35,210 nucleotides of DNA from Octopus bimaculoides (taxonomy: Eukaryota), in the NCBI RefSeq assembly GCF_001194135.2, contig NC_068986.1, positions 42,827,235 to 42,862,444 on the forward strand. Direction: 5' to 3'. The notes under the pieces are model-generated. The model saw only the letters and a list, made by a program, of their open reading frames with translations. It ran no database searches and was not told the DNA's origin. Each line of letters starts with the position of its first letter. Position 1 is the first letter of the stretch. Both the position numbers and the translations under genes were made by a program. Shown piece by piece: positions 24,070-33,003 of this stretch.

Positions 24070-27000
24070 TGTATGTATTTATATATGTATGTATGCCTGT
24101 ATATATGTGAGAGTATAGTTTCACTGTACAGACCAATTACCAGCCCCACACCATCATCCACAAACCTACACATGCACACACGCACACGTCAACGTCACCA
24201 GACAGCTTCCCACGCACATACATGCTTTCTTATATACAAGCACGAGCACCTTCTTTTTGGGATCACCAATACTTTATCTCCCCTTCTTCCTAGCTCTCTT
24301 GTGAGACCTCTCTGTCCAGCATTCGCCATAAAATATCGCTTGATAAGGCAGAACGTACTCTAGAATAGTCTCTTCCTGAGTAGTGGATCGACCCACTAAA
24401 CAGAGGATTCCAAGGTGGCAAACACAAATCAAGACAGGAAAAAATGGACTGTGAAAACAACATTGAAAAGCCGTACGGCCAAACGCGAATCTGATGTTGA
24501 ACGCTAACAGTTCGTCTCGCCTTCATAGTGGCTGGAGTGAAAAGAGAGTTGACCACAGGTCACACGTGAGCAGAGAGGATGATAGAGGAAGGAAGTGGAA
24601 CAAGAAGGAAGAGAGAGATGTGTATAGCAGTGAAGTAGAAGCCAGGACAACAGAAGGAAGCAGAGCGAGAGGGGGAGATGGGAAAGAAGAAAGATAGATA
24701 GGTAGATAGATAGAGGGATAGATAGATAGATAGAGAAAGACAGACAGATATAAAATTGAAAATTAGTCATATAAATTTAATTACATTTCTTTTCCAGGAT
24801 CATCATTTGGATGGAGTCTTACAACAGAATTCACACCTCATTCATATATTTGTAAAATTCCAAAATCGGAGATATACCGGATTAAACAACGAGCCAGGGA
24901 TTTCAGTAAGTTCTTTATGCAATTTTAGAGTGGAATTCTCGCGTGAAAGTTATTATAAGAATCCTTAACTCGTTGTGCATCGAAATGTGTATCAGTGTCA
25001 ATCTCCACAGACAGTCTTAAAACCATACAATGATCAAAATATTGGCTAGTAACGCATTATTGGACATTTTTGGAGCCATGTATTAAGACATTCCAGAAAA
25101 TTATTATTTTTTGTTGTTTTTTTTTACTTAATTACATCCTAATTTGTTAACAGTAGCTAAGGAAAACTCCAGTAAGCAAATAAAGTACGTGATGCAGTTT
25201 ATTGAGTGAATTGAACACCGTATGACCCTTAATCCGACCAAATTATGAAATAATCAAATTAGAACTCTCTTCAAAAATATGACAAACAAACAACTTCAGC
25301 GTTAATATTTTATTCTTACGCTTTCGAAATTATTTTGCATTTATTTTCGAATTATTTCTTTATTGATGAAACAATTTCGTATTTATAATCTAAATATCAA
25401 TTTTTCTTAAAACTGTCATTCTAACTACGTTCTTTTTCGAATATTCATTTTACTTTATAGCTACAATATTAAACACCACTGATTCTTCCACCTGGGACAT
25501 CAATATCAATACTCTCATAGCTATATTCATATTTTAAAAAGTTACTTAAATTATTATGTTTCTAGTTACAAATCATTATTTAGCAAAGGAAACAGATTTT
25601 TATTCAAACCGAAGACTATAAATTTCCAACACATTCTTTTAAAAGCGATTGATCACAATGTGAATGATACTATAAATAGAGTTGATTTGATGCATGACCG
25701 TATGGAATGAGGATTTGAGAATTTTCTCTTTCGCTTCTGTTTTTCAGTTTTGTAATTCACTTAGCAACAAATCTAAATATCTTAATATTTTGAATGGAAA
25801 TTTCATCAGTAGTTTGTTTAATAGAAGCCGGTTATTTCTTTGCTTCTTAAGTAAACATTTACAACTCGATTTACTGTTACTGAAAAGGAGATTATGTGGA
25901 TGACATTGAGTTTCTACTTGGTCGTAAGGCCTAAAATTGGCCTTACAGTTGATTGCTGTTTATTCTCTCTATCCCAGAAGAATAAAAACAAAATTGACCA
26001 TGATAGGATTCGAAATCAAAACGTAAGGAGTCGCGATAAAATACTGTAAAGGATTTTGTTGAACACTCTCCCATTTCTGTCAAGCTATGTCGTATGTAAT
26101 CTATTAACTAGATATGACAGAAAAAGAGGTGACAGGTAAAGTGATTGAAAAAATGACGAATGGAAAGCAAACGGCGAAAGAGAAACAAATTTCTTTCTTT
26201 TTAATTTAAAAAGGTCATATCTCAAGGGAAAATAAAATTGACAGCGAGGAAAATGTTGGCAGCGAGGCATACAATGCAATATGCTATATTTAGGAAAGTG
26301 ATGATGATTGTATAGTAATTGAAAAATCAACATATTTCATTGCAATGAACATTTAGAATAGAGCCGAAAGAAATAATTTCAGATATTTTACAAAACTACG
26401 AAATAGAATCGGTTGCATCCAAACTGTGATTCAATACATCGTTAGTAACTTTTCGAATAGAATGAGGACATTATCTTTCTATTTTTACTCCATATAATTT
26501 TAAAAAGGCACATGTGAGAGCCTCTTTGACTTCCATAAATAGCAGCTAAATCTCCCTTAAATCGTACCTTAGTATTTTTTTAAACTTCAAAACACAGTGG
26601 AAAATGGAGTGGTATATATTACATGCTTGAATAGAAGAATAAATGGTCATGATTGAATAGCTCTTTTTTTTTTATCAAAGATTTGCCGACAAAGACCGAT
26701 TTGGGGTAAGGCAATAATTTAAATTTTTTATCTGTAGTTGCGATAAATTCACGAATCTCTTCCAACATCATTTAATCGACATCAATGAGAACTGTGCCCT
26801 GGTTTAAATCTACGTTAGACGCTACATACATTCAGAAAATATATGAAAATCCTGACTCCCTAACTTCTCATATATTTAAAGCTTTCAGTAAATTTACGTT
26901 ATTCTTTAACATAAGTAGACACATAAATAAAAGAAGATATTTGATGAAACCTACTACACTGACATTCATAAATCTAGTTTTTACGCCCAATAAGTGTGCC

Positions 27001-29475
27001 TTGAAGTCAATCTGCTAGAAACAGCAGCAAAATTTCAACTTTTTAAAAAGAAAAAAGAAGGTAGTATAACATAGTTCTAGATACATTAGAGAATGACATA
27101 GGAGAAAAGTCTAATTATCAGTCTGCATAGTCAGTGCTGCCTTTACAAATAATAATACATCAACGAATATACCTTTTACTTTGTCGCTCGACTACCTATC
27201 AATAGCGTGGAGGCGCAATGGTCCAGTAGTTAGGGCAGCGGACTCGCGGTCATAGGATTGCGGTTTCGATTCCCAGACCGGGCGTTGTGTTTATTGAGCG
27301 AAAACACCTAAAGCTCCACGAGGCTCCGGCAGGGGATGGTGGCGAACTCTGCTGTACTCTTTCACCACAACTTTCTCTCACTCTTACTTCCTGTTTATGC
27401 TGTGCCTGTAATTCAAAGGGCCAGCCTTTGTGTCACACTGTGTCACGCTGAATATCCCGGATCTTTGGGGTTTGACGGGCAACATTTGTTTTCTTAACGA
27501 AACACTTTCAAACTTGGGACACTGGTAGAATGTGTCATATAAAACAACTTCTTCTCTTAACCTTAACAAAATTTTGTACATCGCAAGCTATTTCATGTTA
27601 AAGTTGTCGTATTTCTGTAATTTCAACCAATCACTGACGTCTATTCAGCTGAATACAATTACTGCTGTTCGGTGTCAAGTGTGTTATTCCCTGTTTAATT
27701 ATATCATTATTCCCTAGTTTGGGTGTTAGGGTTTTAGGGTTAGAGTTGAGGTTAGGGTTAGGGTTATGGTTATGAGTTATAGGGTTAGAGTTAAGGTNNN
27801 NNNNNNNNNNNNNNNNNNNNNNNNNNNNNNNNNNNNNNNNNNNNNNNNNNNNNNNNNNNNNNNNNNNNNNNNNNNNNNNNNNNNNNNNNNNNNNNNNNNN
27901 NNNNNNNNNNNNNNNNNNNNNNNNNNNNNNNNNNNNNNNNNNNNNNNNNNNNNNNNNNNNNNNNNNNNNNNNNNNNNNNNNNNNNNNNNNNNNNNNNNNN
28001 NNNNNNNNNNNNNNNNNNNNNNNNNNNNNNNNNNNNNNNNNNNNNNNNNNNNNNNNNNNNNNNNNNNNNNNNNNNNNNNNNNNNNNNNNNNNNNNNNNNN
28101 NNNNNNNNNNNNNNNNNNNNNNNNNNNNNNNNNNNNNNNNNNNNNNNNNNNNNNNNNNNNNNNNNNNNNNNNNNNNNNNNNAATATCCCCGGGAACTACG
28201 TTATGGGTACACGTGTCTGTGGAGTGCTCAGCCACTTGCACATTAATTTCACGAGCAGGCTGTTCCGTTGATCGGATCAACTGGAACCCTCGATGTCGTA
28301 AGCGATGGAGTGCCAACAACAACCTGTCAATAGCAGAAATCCTACAAAGAAGGAAACATTCAACAATAGAGTTCTGGATATGTATACATAAAAATGCAAA
28401 TTGTCATTGCTGGTAATGGTTTTGAAACTCCTCGGTAAAGGGTGATTTGGCGCTAAACAACAACAGTAGCAACAATGAAAACCACAACAATAAAGTACTT
28501 TCGTACAATTCGTTAGACACTGTGCATTGTCGAAACATTACTTCATTCATCGGGAACTTCGATTCTATTTCAATTATTGTAAATTCGGGAAAAGTGTATG
28601 CTCATACTAATTAAGTGTACGTTCATCATTGTCCAGTGGGAGAGAGTGTGTGGGTGTGTTTTTGTGTGTGTGTGTGTGTGTGTATGTGTGTGTGTGTGTG
28701 CGCGCGTGCCTGTGTATCTGAAAGGAGTGTGAATGGAAAAGAGAAGGGAAGGAAGGAATTGACCCCAGGACTTATTTTCTAAAGATTAGTACTTATTTTA
28801 TCGGTCTCTTTGCCGAACCGCTACATTACGGGGACATAAACACACAAATACCGGTCGTCAAGCGGTGATGAGGTGACAAACACAGACACAAAGACACACA
28901 CAGGCAAATATATTTTGGTCGGCCCAACGCAATGGAAAAAGACACTTGCGCATGGTGCCACGCAGCGTGGGACTGAACCCGAAGCCATGTGGTTGGGAAG
29001 CTAACTTCTTACCACACAGCCACACTTGCTTCTGTGTTTCGTACGATTGTGTGCGTGAAGTGCTTCCTTTCATTTTTTCACAGCATTGTTAATTTTAACC
29101 TGTAAAACAATTTGTAAGTTTAAATCAACTTCTAACTTAGAATATCGTAAACAATTCTAAAATTACAACATCGCTCAGTCTCCCAAATTAGAATATTTGT
29201 CAACATATTTTGTATTTACCATAACATTAAGGAGACAAAAATAGACAAAGCTAGCAATATAATCAGACTGACAATGTCTAAGAACAATAAAAATCTATAT
29301 TTACATTTCAGATTTTGGAGCCGATGTAATAGATGCTTGGGACATAAAGAGAGGACCAAACATGACAATCGAATCTCCAAATTATATTGTTCTCGAAGGT
29401 CTTGAAACAACGTCTCTTGAATGCGTTGCTACGGGAAATCCAGCTGTTCAATATAAATGGTATCGACTAGACGAG
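5684..29475 (+). CDS. Cont: Contactin-like neural cell-adhesion protein, 5' part (6 coding exons, 230 aa: signal peptide + C-type lectin-like domain + start of Ig1); continues beyond window
   Basis: join(5684-5765,9108-9202,20207-20292,20920-21074,24798-24905,29312-29475) = 690 nt. All introns are GT-AG, phases 1,0,2,1,1,0 are mutually compatible, and there are no stops. Protein: MWRLIIMIELIILSCSFLSLVNGKLIYDCPLGWETFQSSCYEFNFLPLKSFEMADLSCQTNGAILLTVNAVTEHTFIVNFVKTKFYGKNVWYTDGMVDPNDSEKYIWRESRKQIEDTDQYWIDESDREKPGTRIVYMTKGSSFGWSLTTEFTPHSYICKIPKSEIYRIKQRARDFNFGADVIDAWDIKRGPNMTIESPNYIVLEGLETTSLECVATGNPAVQYKWYRLDE. An N-terminal CTLD followed by Ig domains is the known architecture of Drosophila Contactin and other protostome contactins. 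Orthology is inferred from architecture, not from a search. Confidence 0.85.
5769..5958 (-). repeat. Arm 2 of 190-bp inverted duplication, starting at +4 of contactin intron 1
   Basis: agccttgggtttc...tcaaacccat is the reverse complement of 1421-1610. Confidence 0.95.
6015..6112 (-). mobile_element. 3' fragment of SINE family C
   Basis: Reverse complement (…ataaccttgcccggac…tgcaattc…) matches 15165-15225 of the + strand copy. Confidence 0.7.
6106..6230 (+). mobile_element. Partial copy of the small TIR element at 7513-7714, opposite orientation
   Basis: gccaaagataccttaaccaaatga.gtttacattgtcgt is the reverse complement of about 7606-7643. Confidence 0.8.
6424..7488 (+). mobile_element. tRNA-derived SINE family A; head 6424-6576 and tail about 7285-7488 separated by microsatellite, gap and AT-rich sequence
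   Basis: A-box-like tggctgtgtagtaag, B-box-like gggttcagtccc; same head and tail recur at 9781, 18946, 28758 and 32565. Confidence 0.85.
7513..7714. mobile_element. MITE-like element of about 200 bp with imperfect terminal inverted repeats
   Basis: 7521-7549 GCTAGCAGAACCTTGGGAGTAGCAATTAT vs reverse complement of 7678-7706 GCTAGCAGAATCTCAGAAGTAGTAATTAT (24/29); second partial copy at 6106. Confidence 0.65.
8230..8365. repeat. Degenerate (ATC)n trinucleotide tract
   Basis: catcaccaccatcatcaggatgatcat…. Confidence 0.8.
9108..9202 (+). CDS. Cont: Contactin coding exon 2 (CTLD start)
   Basis: ccattttaacag|...CAG|gtataa; encodes (D)CPLGWETFQSSCYEFNFLPLKSFEMADLSCQ, the classic CPxGW...F...CY...A...C C-type lectin opening. 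Confidence 0.92.
9781..10158 (-). mobile_element. SINE family A, near full length, internal microsatellite
   Basis: Reverse complement aligns to head 6424-6576 and tail 7285-7488. Confidence 0.85.
11005..11208 (+). mobile_element. SINE family A tail, preceded by (GT)n and a gap
   Basis: …agcatgatcgcagtttaatgactgaaacaagtaaaagataaaag. Confidence 0.75.
11344..11401 (+). mobile_element. SINE family B, 5' part, interrupted by the ORF1-only element
   Basis: ctgatagaaacgttagaacgccgggcgaaatacttagcggtatttcgtct is collinear with the uninterrupted copy at 33797-34008. Confidence 0.85.
11402..13025 (+). mobile_element. 1624-bp ORF1-only non-LTR retroelement (L1/Tx1-like ORF1, no endonuclease or RT) with 12-bp TSD
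   Basis: GGTATTTCGTCT at 11390-11401 and 13026-13037; one gag-like ORF; T-rich 3' UTR ending GGTAATAAAGAAATA. Confidence 0.85.
11493..12768 (+). pseudogene. Disrupted ORF1/gag-like protein, about 424 aa restored: RRM-like region, CCHC zinc knuckle CYICEERGHMKTKC, Lys/Glu-rich region
   Basis: Track ORFs 11424, 11709 and 12045 share one frame. Stops at 11706, 12024 and 12592, plus a +1 frameshift in the A13 run at 12384-12396. 'FGTVEVRF' and 'LNVVVEGRKPNC' resemble L1/Tx1-clade ORF1. Confidence 0.8.
13026..13165 (+). mobile_element. SINE family B, 3' part, resuming after the TSD
   Basis: …gtcgactatgcctttcatcctttcgaggtcggtaaattaagtac…ctggggtcgat is collinear with 33850-33960. Confidence 0.85.
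14960..15255 (+). mobile_element. tRNA-derived SINE family C, most of the body
   Basis: B-box-like gagctcgtttcccagacc; 3' part shared with 6015-6112. Confidence 0.7.
15590..16330 (-). mobile_element. Decayed RTE-type LINE reverse transcriptase remnant
   Basis: Minus-strand reading ILPGNFF*IVFLSRIR*DFDAAL*ERLREE*ARFRSSYSSTVQTFTLRNVMEQ matches the 'LREEQAGFR..S..QIFTLR.I.EQ' RT region; many stops; boundaries approximate. Confidence 0.75.
18946..19328 (+). mobile_element. SINE family A, full length, short internal low-complexity spacer
   Basis: Head and tail both present. Confidence 0.85.
20207..20292 (+). CDS. Cont: Contactin coding exon 3 (CTLD)
   Basis: ctcttctcaatatcttacag|...AA|gtaagt; TNGAILLTVNAVTEHTFIVNFVKTKFYG(K) matches the CTLD 'GAxLvsIxsxxExxFI' segment. 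Confidence 0.92.
20920..21074 (+). CDS. Cont: Contactin coding exon 4 (CTLD)
   Basis: ctttttctccatag|...AAAG|gtaatg; NVWYTDGMVDPNDSEKYIWRESRKQIEDTDQYWIDESDREKPGTRIVYMTK has a WIGL-like 'VWYTDG' and 'YIW'. Confidence 0.9.
24446..24513 (+). ncRNA. Decayed minimal type-I hammerhead-like motif (Penelope-like element remnant)
   Basis: caacat-TGAaaA-gcc gtac ggc-cAAAc-gcga-ATC-tgatgttg has the correct order of stem I, core, stem II, core, NUH and stem I', but core positions deviate from CUGANGA/GAAA. Confidence 0.4.
24580..24750. repeat. Purine-rich tract and (GATA)n just upstream of the exon 5 acceptor
   Basis: Direct reading. Confidence 0.85.
24798..24905 (+). CDS. Cont: Contactin coding exon 5 (CTLD end and linker)
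   Basis: catttcttttccag|...TTCA|gtaagt; (G)SSFGWSLTTEFTPHSYICKIPKSEIYRIKQRARDF contains the terminal 'YICK' CTLD motif. Confidence 0.92.
27209..27458 (+). mobile_element. tRNA-derived SINE family D, 5' part
   Basis: A-box-like tggtccagtagttag, B-box ggtttcgattccc; ends at AATATCCC. Confidence 0.8.
27459..28181. mobile_element. Insertion splitting SINE D: about 260 bp complex arm + TTAGGG-like array + gap, flanked by AATATCCC repeats
   Basis: AATATCCC at 27451-27458 and 28182-28189; right end hidden in Ns. Confidence 0.55.
27718..27797 (+). repeat. Interstitial degenerate telomeric (TTAGGG)n array running into a gap
   Basis: Perfect TTAGGG units plus variants TTAGAG, TTGAGG, TTATGG. Confidence 0.9.
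28182..28323 (+). mobile_element. SINE family D, 3' part, ending in (CAA)n
   Basis: Resumes at AATATCCC and ends gtgccaacaacaac; same-family assignment is inferred. Confidence 0.65.
28758..29022 (-). mobile_element. SINE family A, internally deleted
   Basis: Reverse complement begins tggctgtgtggtaagaagttagcttcccaaccacatgg. Confidence 0.85.
29312..29475 (+). CDS. Cont: Contactin coding exon 6 (N-terminal half of first Ig domain)
   Basis: tttacatttcag|...GAG|gtatga; (N)FGADVIDAWDIKRGPNMTIESPNYIVLEGLETTSLECVATGNPAVQYKWYRLDE has the Ig B-strand Cys and C-strand Trp (LECxAxGNP..YxW). Confidence 0.92.
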
Positions 29476-30094
29476 GTATGACAACATCTCACTATCTTAT
29501 ATCTTTCAACATAACTAATTGCGCTAAATAATAAATACATATTGACACAACCAGGTGTGCGCGCACACAGACACACAGAGACATACACACACACATGAAC
29601 ACACGCGCGCGTGACCACACACACGTGCATACGCATGCCTGCACATATAAGTATGCGTGTGCACACGTATGTTGGTGAGAGGGCCTTTATATAACATGCT
29701 GTTTTTCGCTAAAAGGCTGTGATCATACCGAATGTCCTCAGTTTTTGCTTTGTCTTTGTCTGCACGTATGCATATATATATATATATATATATATATGAT
29801 CCCGCTGAATTAAGTACTTGAATTGCGGCACCTTGCTAAGTCGGTATAATCCGCACACCCCAACAATATTAATTGAATATTGAATATCAAAACTCCGTGC
29901 AGGGGTGTTTGTACTTGATATTCCTGCCGTGTGTGCAGACACGCAACGCAGCTAAGTTAAGACAAGGGCTTTGTTTCAGGGAGTTCCTGTGGACAAGTCC
30001 CCGCCACTTTTTCAGAAACAGAGGACAAACGATCTTTTTTCCCCTGTACTTTTTCTCAATTAAAACAAAATGAAAATCCCACTAACAAGTCGTA

Positions 30095-30870
30095 CAAATT
30101 TGTAATACATATTTTTAACCTAGAGGCATTGAACAAATCTTTTCAAAGTAACACCGTCAATCTAGGTGGCATGTTGCATAGTGTCAAACTGGTGCAGGAA
30201 GAGCTGAAAAAAATCTACGCAGTGAAGAAAATTTCAGGAGTTGTCCAATACAGCAGGAGTTAAATGATTTATCAACTCGATATTTCTCTTTTGGAGCTAC
30301 CCAAACAACAAAAACTTCCTAAAAGATACCAGGAAGGAAATGCGTTAAAATATCAGCACTCTACTGATTTGAATCATTACAGAATGCATTATTTAGCAAA
30401 TTTGAAAGATTATTCTTTTCTTCACAGAATTTAGCAGATTATGAAAAAAAGGAGCAATATTTTACTCAATGGAAATTTCTGTACTGAAGTGATCAATATT
30501 CTGAGCTTGATGAATTTTCTTTAACGAATGAAATACCTTTTTATAGAAATCATCATAGTGGATCACCTCTCGAGGATCATCGTAAAATATTCGCTGAAAT
30601 ACAACCTGCAGTCCATCGCTTGTTTCCAAATGTTAAGCAATTGTTCAGGCTACTTTTAGTGTTTCCAGCTAGTTCTTGTGAAGCTGAAAAATCTCTTAGC
30701 GCTCTGCGGAGACTCAAAACTTGGCTGCGATCGACCATGACTGAGGACAGGTTGAATCACTTTGTGATATGCCATGTTCATAGAGATGTTTTGAAAAAGA
30801 TTAGTTGTGAAAAAGTTCCTAAATTACTTATTGACAACAATGATATGAGATATAATACACTTGAAAAGTT
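30095..30870 (+). mobile_element. hAT transposase remnant (C-terminal dimerisation domain)
   Basis: PASSCEAEKSLSALRRLKTWLRSTMTEDRLNHFVICHVHRD is the hATC motif (SxxxER.FS.L..lKt.lRstM...RL); upstream LEALNKSFQS; frameshifts and stops. Confidence 0.85.
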
Positions 30871-31879
30871 CGGAACGGCAATAAACTTACTCTGTATTTT
30901 TATAATTAAACGTCTATGTTTTATTTTTTGTTTATTTGATATAATAAATTGTTTTTAAGCTTATTTTTTTAATATCTGAGCTTCATTTGATTATATAAAA
31001 TATAATTTGCATAAAGCTTTACTTATGATAGGGTCCGCGAAAGGCACCATAAGAATTACTAACATGCTCCTTTTAAGAATCAACAAATGTTGGTTTGTCC
31101 TTCTCACATTTTAAAGACAACCAAGGATCCTGAGTGAAGATATCCGCCCTTGGTAATTCAGCGATATACTTTTGATAAAGGTACTTTCTATAGCATTTCC
31201 GAAGCGCAGCTTCCAAGTTAAGTGAATAAAATATAAATGAGTAACAAAGATGTACAGGTGTTAATTGATTACGGCCGTTTTAAGCGACTCTTTATTTGAT
31301 TAATGAAAACATTACTTCATCTGAAAGAAATCGGTCCCGTCAGATGACCGCATAGACTTCAAACATAAAGGACATAAATATTTCCTTAACATATTCACAT
31401 CAATAATGGAAATCAAAATATTTACATTGTTTCCTTTGTCATATCTGTGACAGAATGAGTTTAGAAAATTATGCATACTTTGTTAACTCTACTACAATTT
31501 GGAGAGCAATGTAGTATTTGAACTCCTGTTTTCGTTTCAATAAATTACATAAACAAGAGTGCGTTTAATATTTTACTTATCCCCGTATATCATAATGCAA
31601 GAGTTGTAAGTGTTTGTTTTAGTTAGTGCAAGACGTTTTCTGACAGAATATGTAACAGCGTGGGTAAGGTGCCTAGATACATTTACTATATGAAAAATTC
31701 TGCGTTTCGCACTTCGCTAATCTGTTCCCACTGACTTGATGTGGAAGTTCCGACATCCGTGACAGACATTTCTGGTCTGCTATGATCTATATGTATGTTT
31801 TTATGCACCAAGCGCCTGTATGAGAGGATCTCTGAAGGTTAATAACGCAGTATTTGGTGTTCTAACAAGACGTCTACGT

Positions 31880-32180
31880 TAAGTGGGATATAATATGGGT
31901 TAAAACCGCCTTTGGCAGTAATTAGTGGTTGAATTCTACGAGGTATGGACTCATGCAAAATTTGAATTGTTTCCAAAGAAATTTTTGTCCATTCTTCAGC
32001 TAAAACAGTCTCCAGTGTTTGTAGTGATGATGGTGGAGGATATCGACTTCTTACATGTTTTTTTTCTAAAATGCACCATAAATGTTCAATGATGTTCAGG
32101 TCTGATGACTGTGGTGGCCGCATAAGATGTTTGACTTCATTAGAATTTTTCTCGTGCCATTCAGCAACAACTTTACCTTT
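31880..32180 (-). mobile_element. Tc1/mariner transposase remnant (C-terminus with catalytic E motif)
   Basis: RPPQSSDLNIIEHLWCILEK…EEWTKI…ESIPRRIQPLITAKGG matches WPxQSPDLNPIExLW…SMPRR…AKGG. Confidence 0.9.
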
Positions 32181-32564
32181 GTGTGTATATATAAATACAT
32201 ATAAATATATATATAAATATGTCTATATGAATATGCGTACAATGCAACAAAATCAGTTATAGAACTAGATACAAAAAGATTTAAATTTAGTAATTCACGA
32301 AATTTCAGTTAGATTATTTATTTATGATTAAGCTCGCTCTTAAAAAGCGTTTTTTTTAAAAACTCGTCTGAATGCTTGGAACAGAGTGCACTCCGCTAGT
32401 GTTATACTCTTAACGAGTTAATGTGCACCGCCCACTATACATGATATCACTGCACTCGTGATAGTTGTTACACGTGTGATAATTGTTAACATCTTATAAT
32501 CATGCTATTGCTGTCCCATAAGTGTGGCTCAAATATATACTGAAACTGTTCCAGTTGTCTATCT

Positions 32565-32711
32565 TGAAACTCACTTTGCAACCACGTGATTGCGGGTTCA
32601 GACTCACTCTGCAGCACCTTGCGCAAGTGTATTCTGTAGCCCCGGGTAGAGCAATGTCTTCTGAGTGAATTTTGTAGACAGGAACTGTGTGAAAACCCAG
32701 TGTGTGTGTGT

Positions 32712-32747
<36 letters not shown>

Positions 32748-33003
32748 GTGTGTGTGTGTGCGTGCGCGCGGGTGTGTGTGTATGCGCACGTGCACGCCTA
32801 TTTGCGTGTGTATTTTGTGTTTGTGACCCCTCACCGCTTGGCAATCGGTACTTGTTTGTTTACGTGCCCATAATAGCGGTTCGGCAAAACAGACAGGCAG
32901 AATAGGTACCAAACTTTAGAAAATAAGTACTGGGGTTCATTTATTCGACTAAATCCTTCAAACCATGGCCACAGTCAAATGAATTAAGCAAGTAGAAGTT
33001 AAA
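32565..33003 (+). mobile_element. SINE family A with internal (GT)n
   Basis: Head gcgggttcagactc…, microsatellite 32700-32820, tail to 33003. Confidence 0.8.

Larger units (their letters stand above)
4516..28181. other. Eight assembly gaps: 4516-5073, 6620-6966, 8832-8872, 10370-10933, 14078-14890, 21935-22699, 23602-23969, 27798-28181
   Basis: N runs, nearly all flanked by microsatellite or telomere-like repeats. Confidence 0.98.

Noticed and set aside
27209-27285. Possible tRNA gene (also SINE heads at 6424, 14960, 18946, 33797)
   Set aside because: A/B boxes run directly into SINE bodies; no complete cloverleaf or oligo-T terminator
27718-27797. True telomere or chromosome end
   Set aside because: The array is degenerate, and in-phase contactin exons lie on both sides
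4335-28416. Many long track ORFs rich in HT/CV/YI dipeptides and X
   Set aside because: They are translations of (CA)n/(TA)n microsatellites and N gaps
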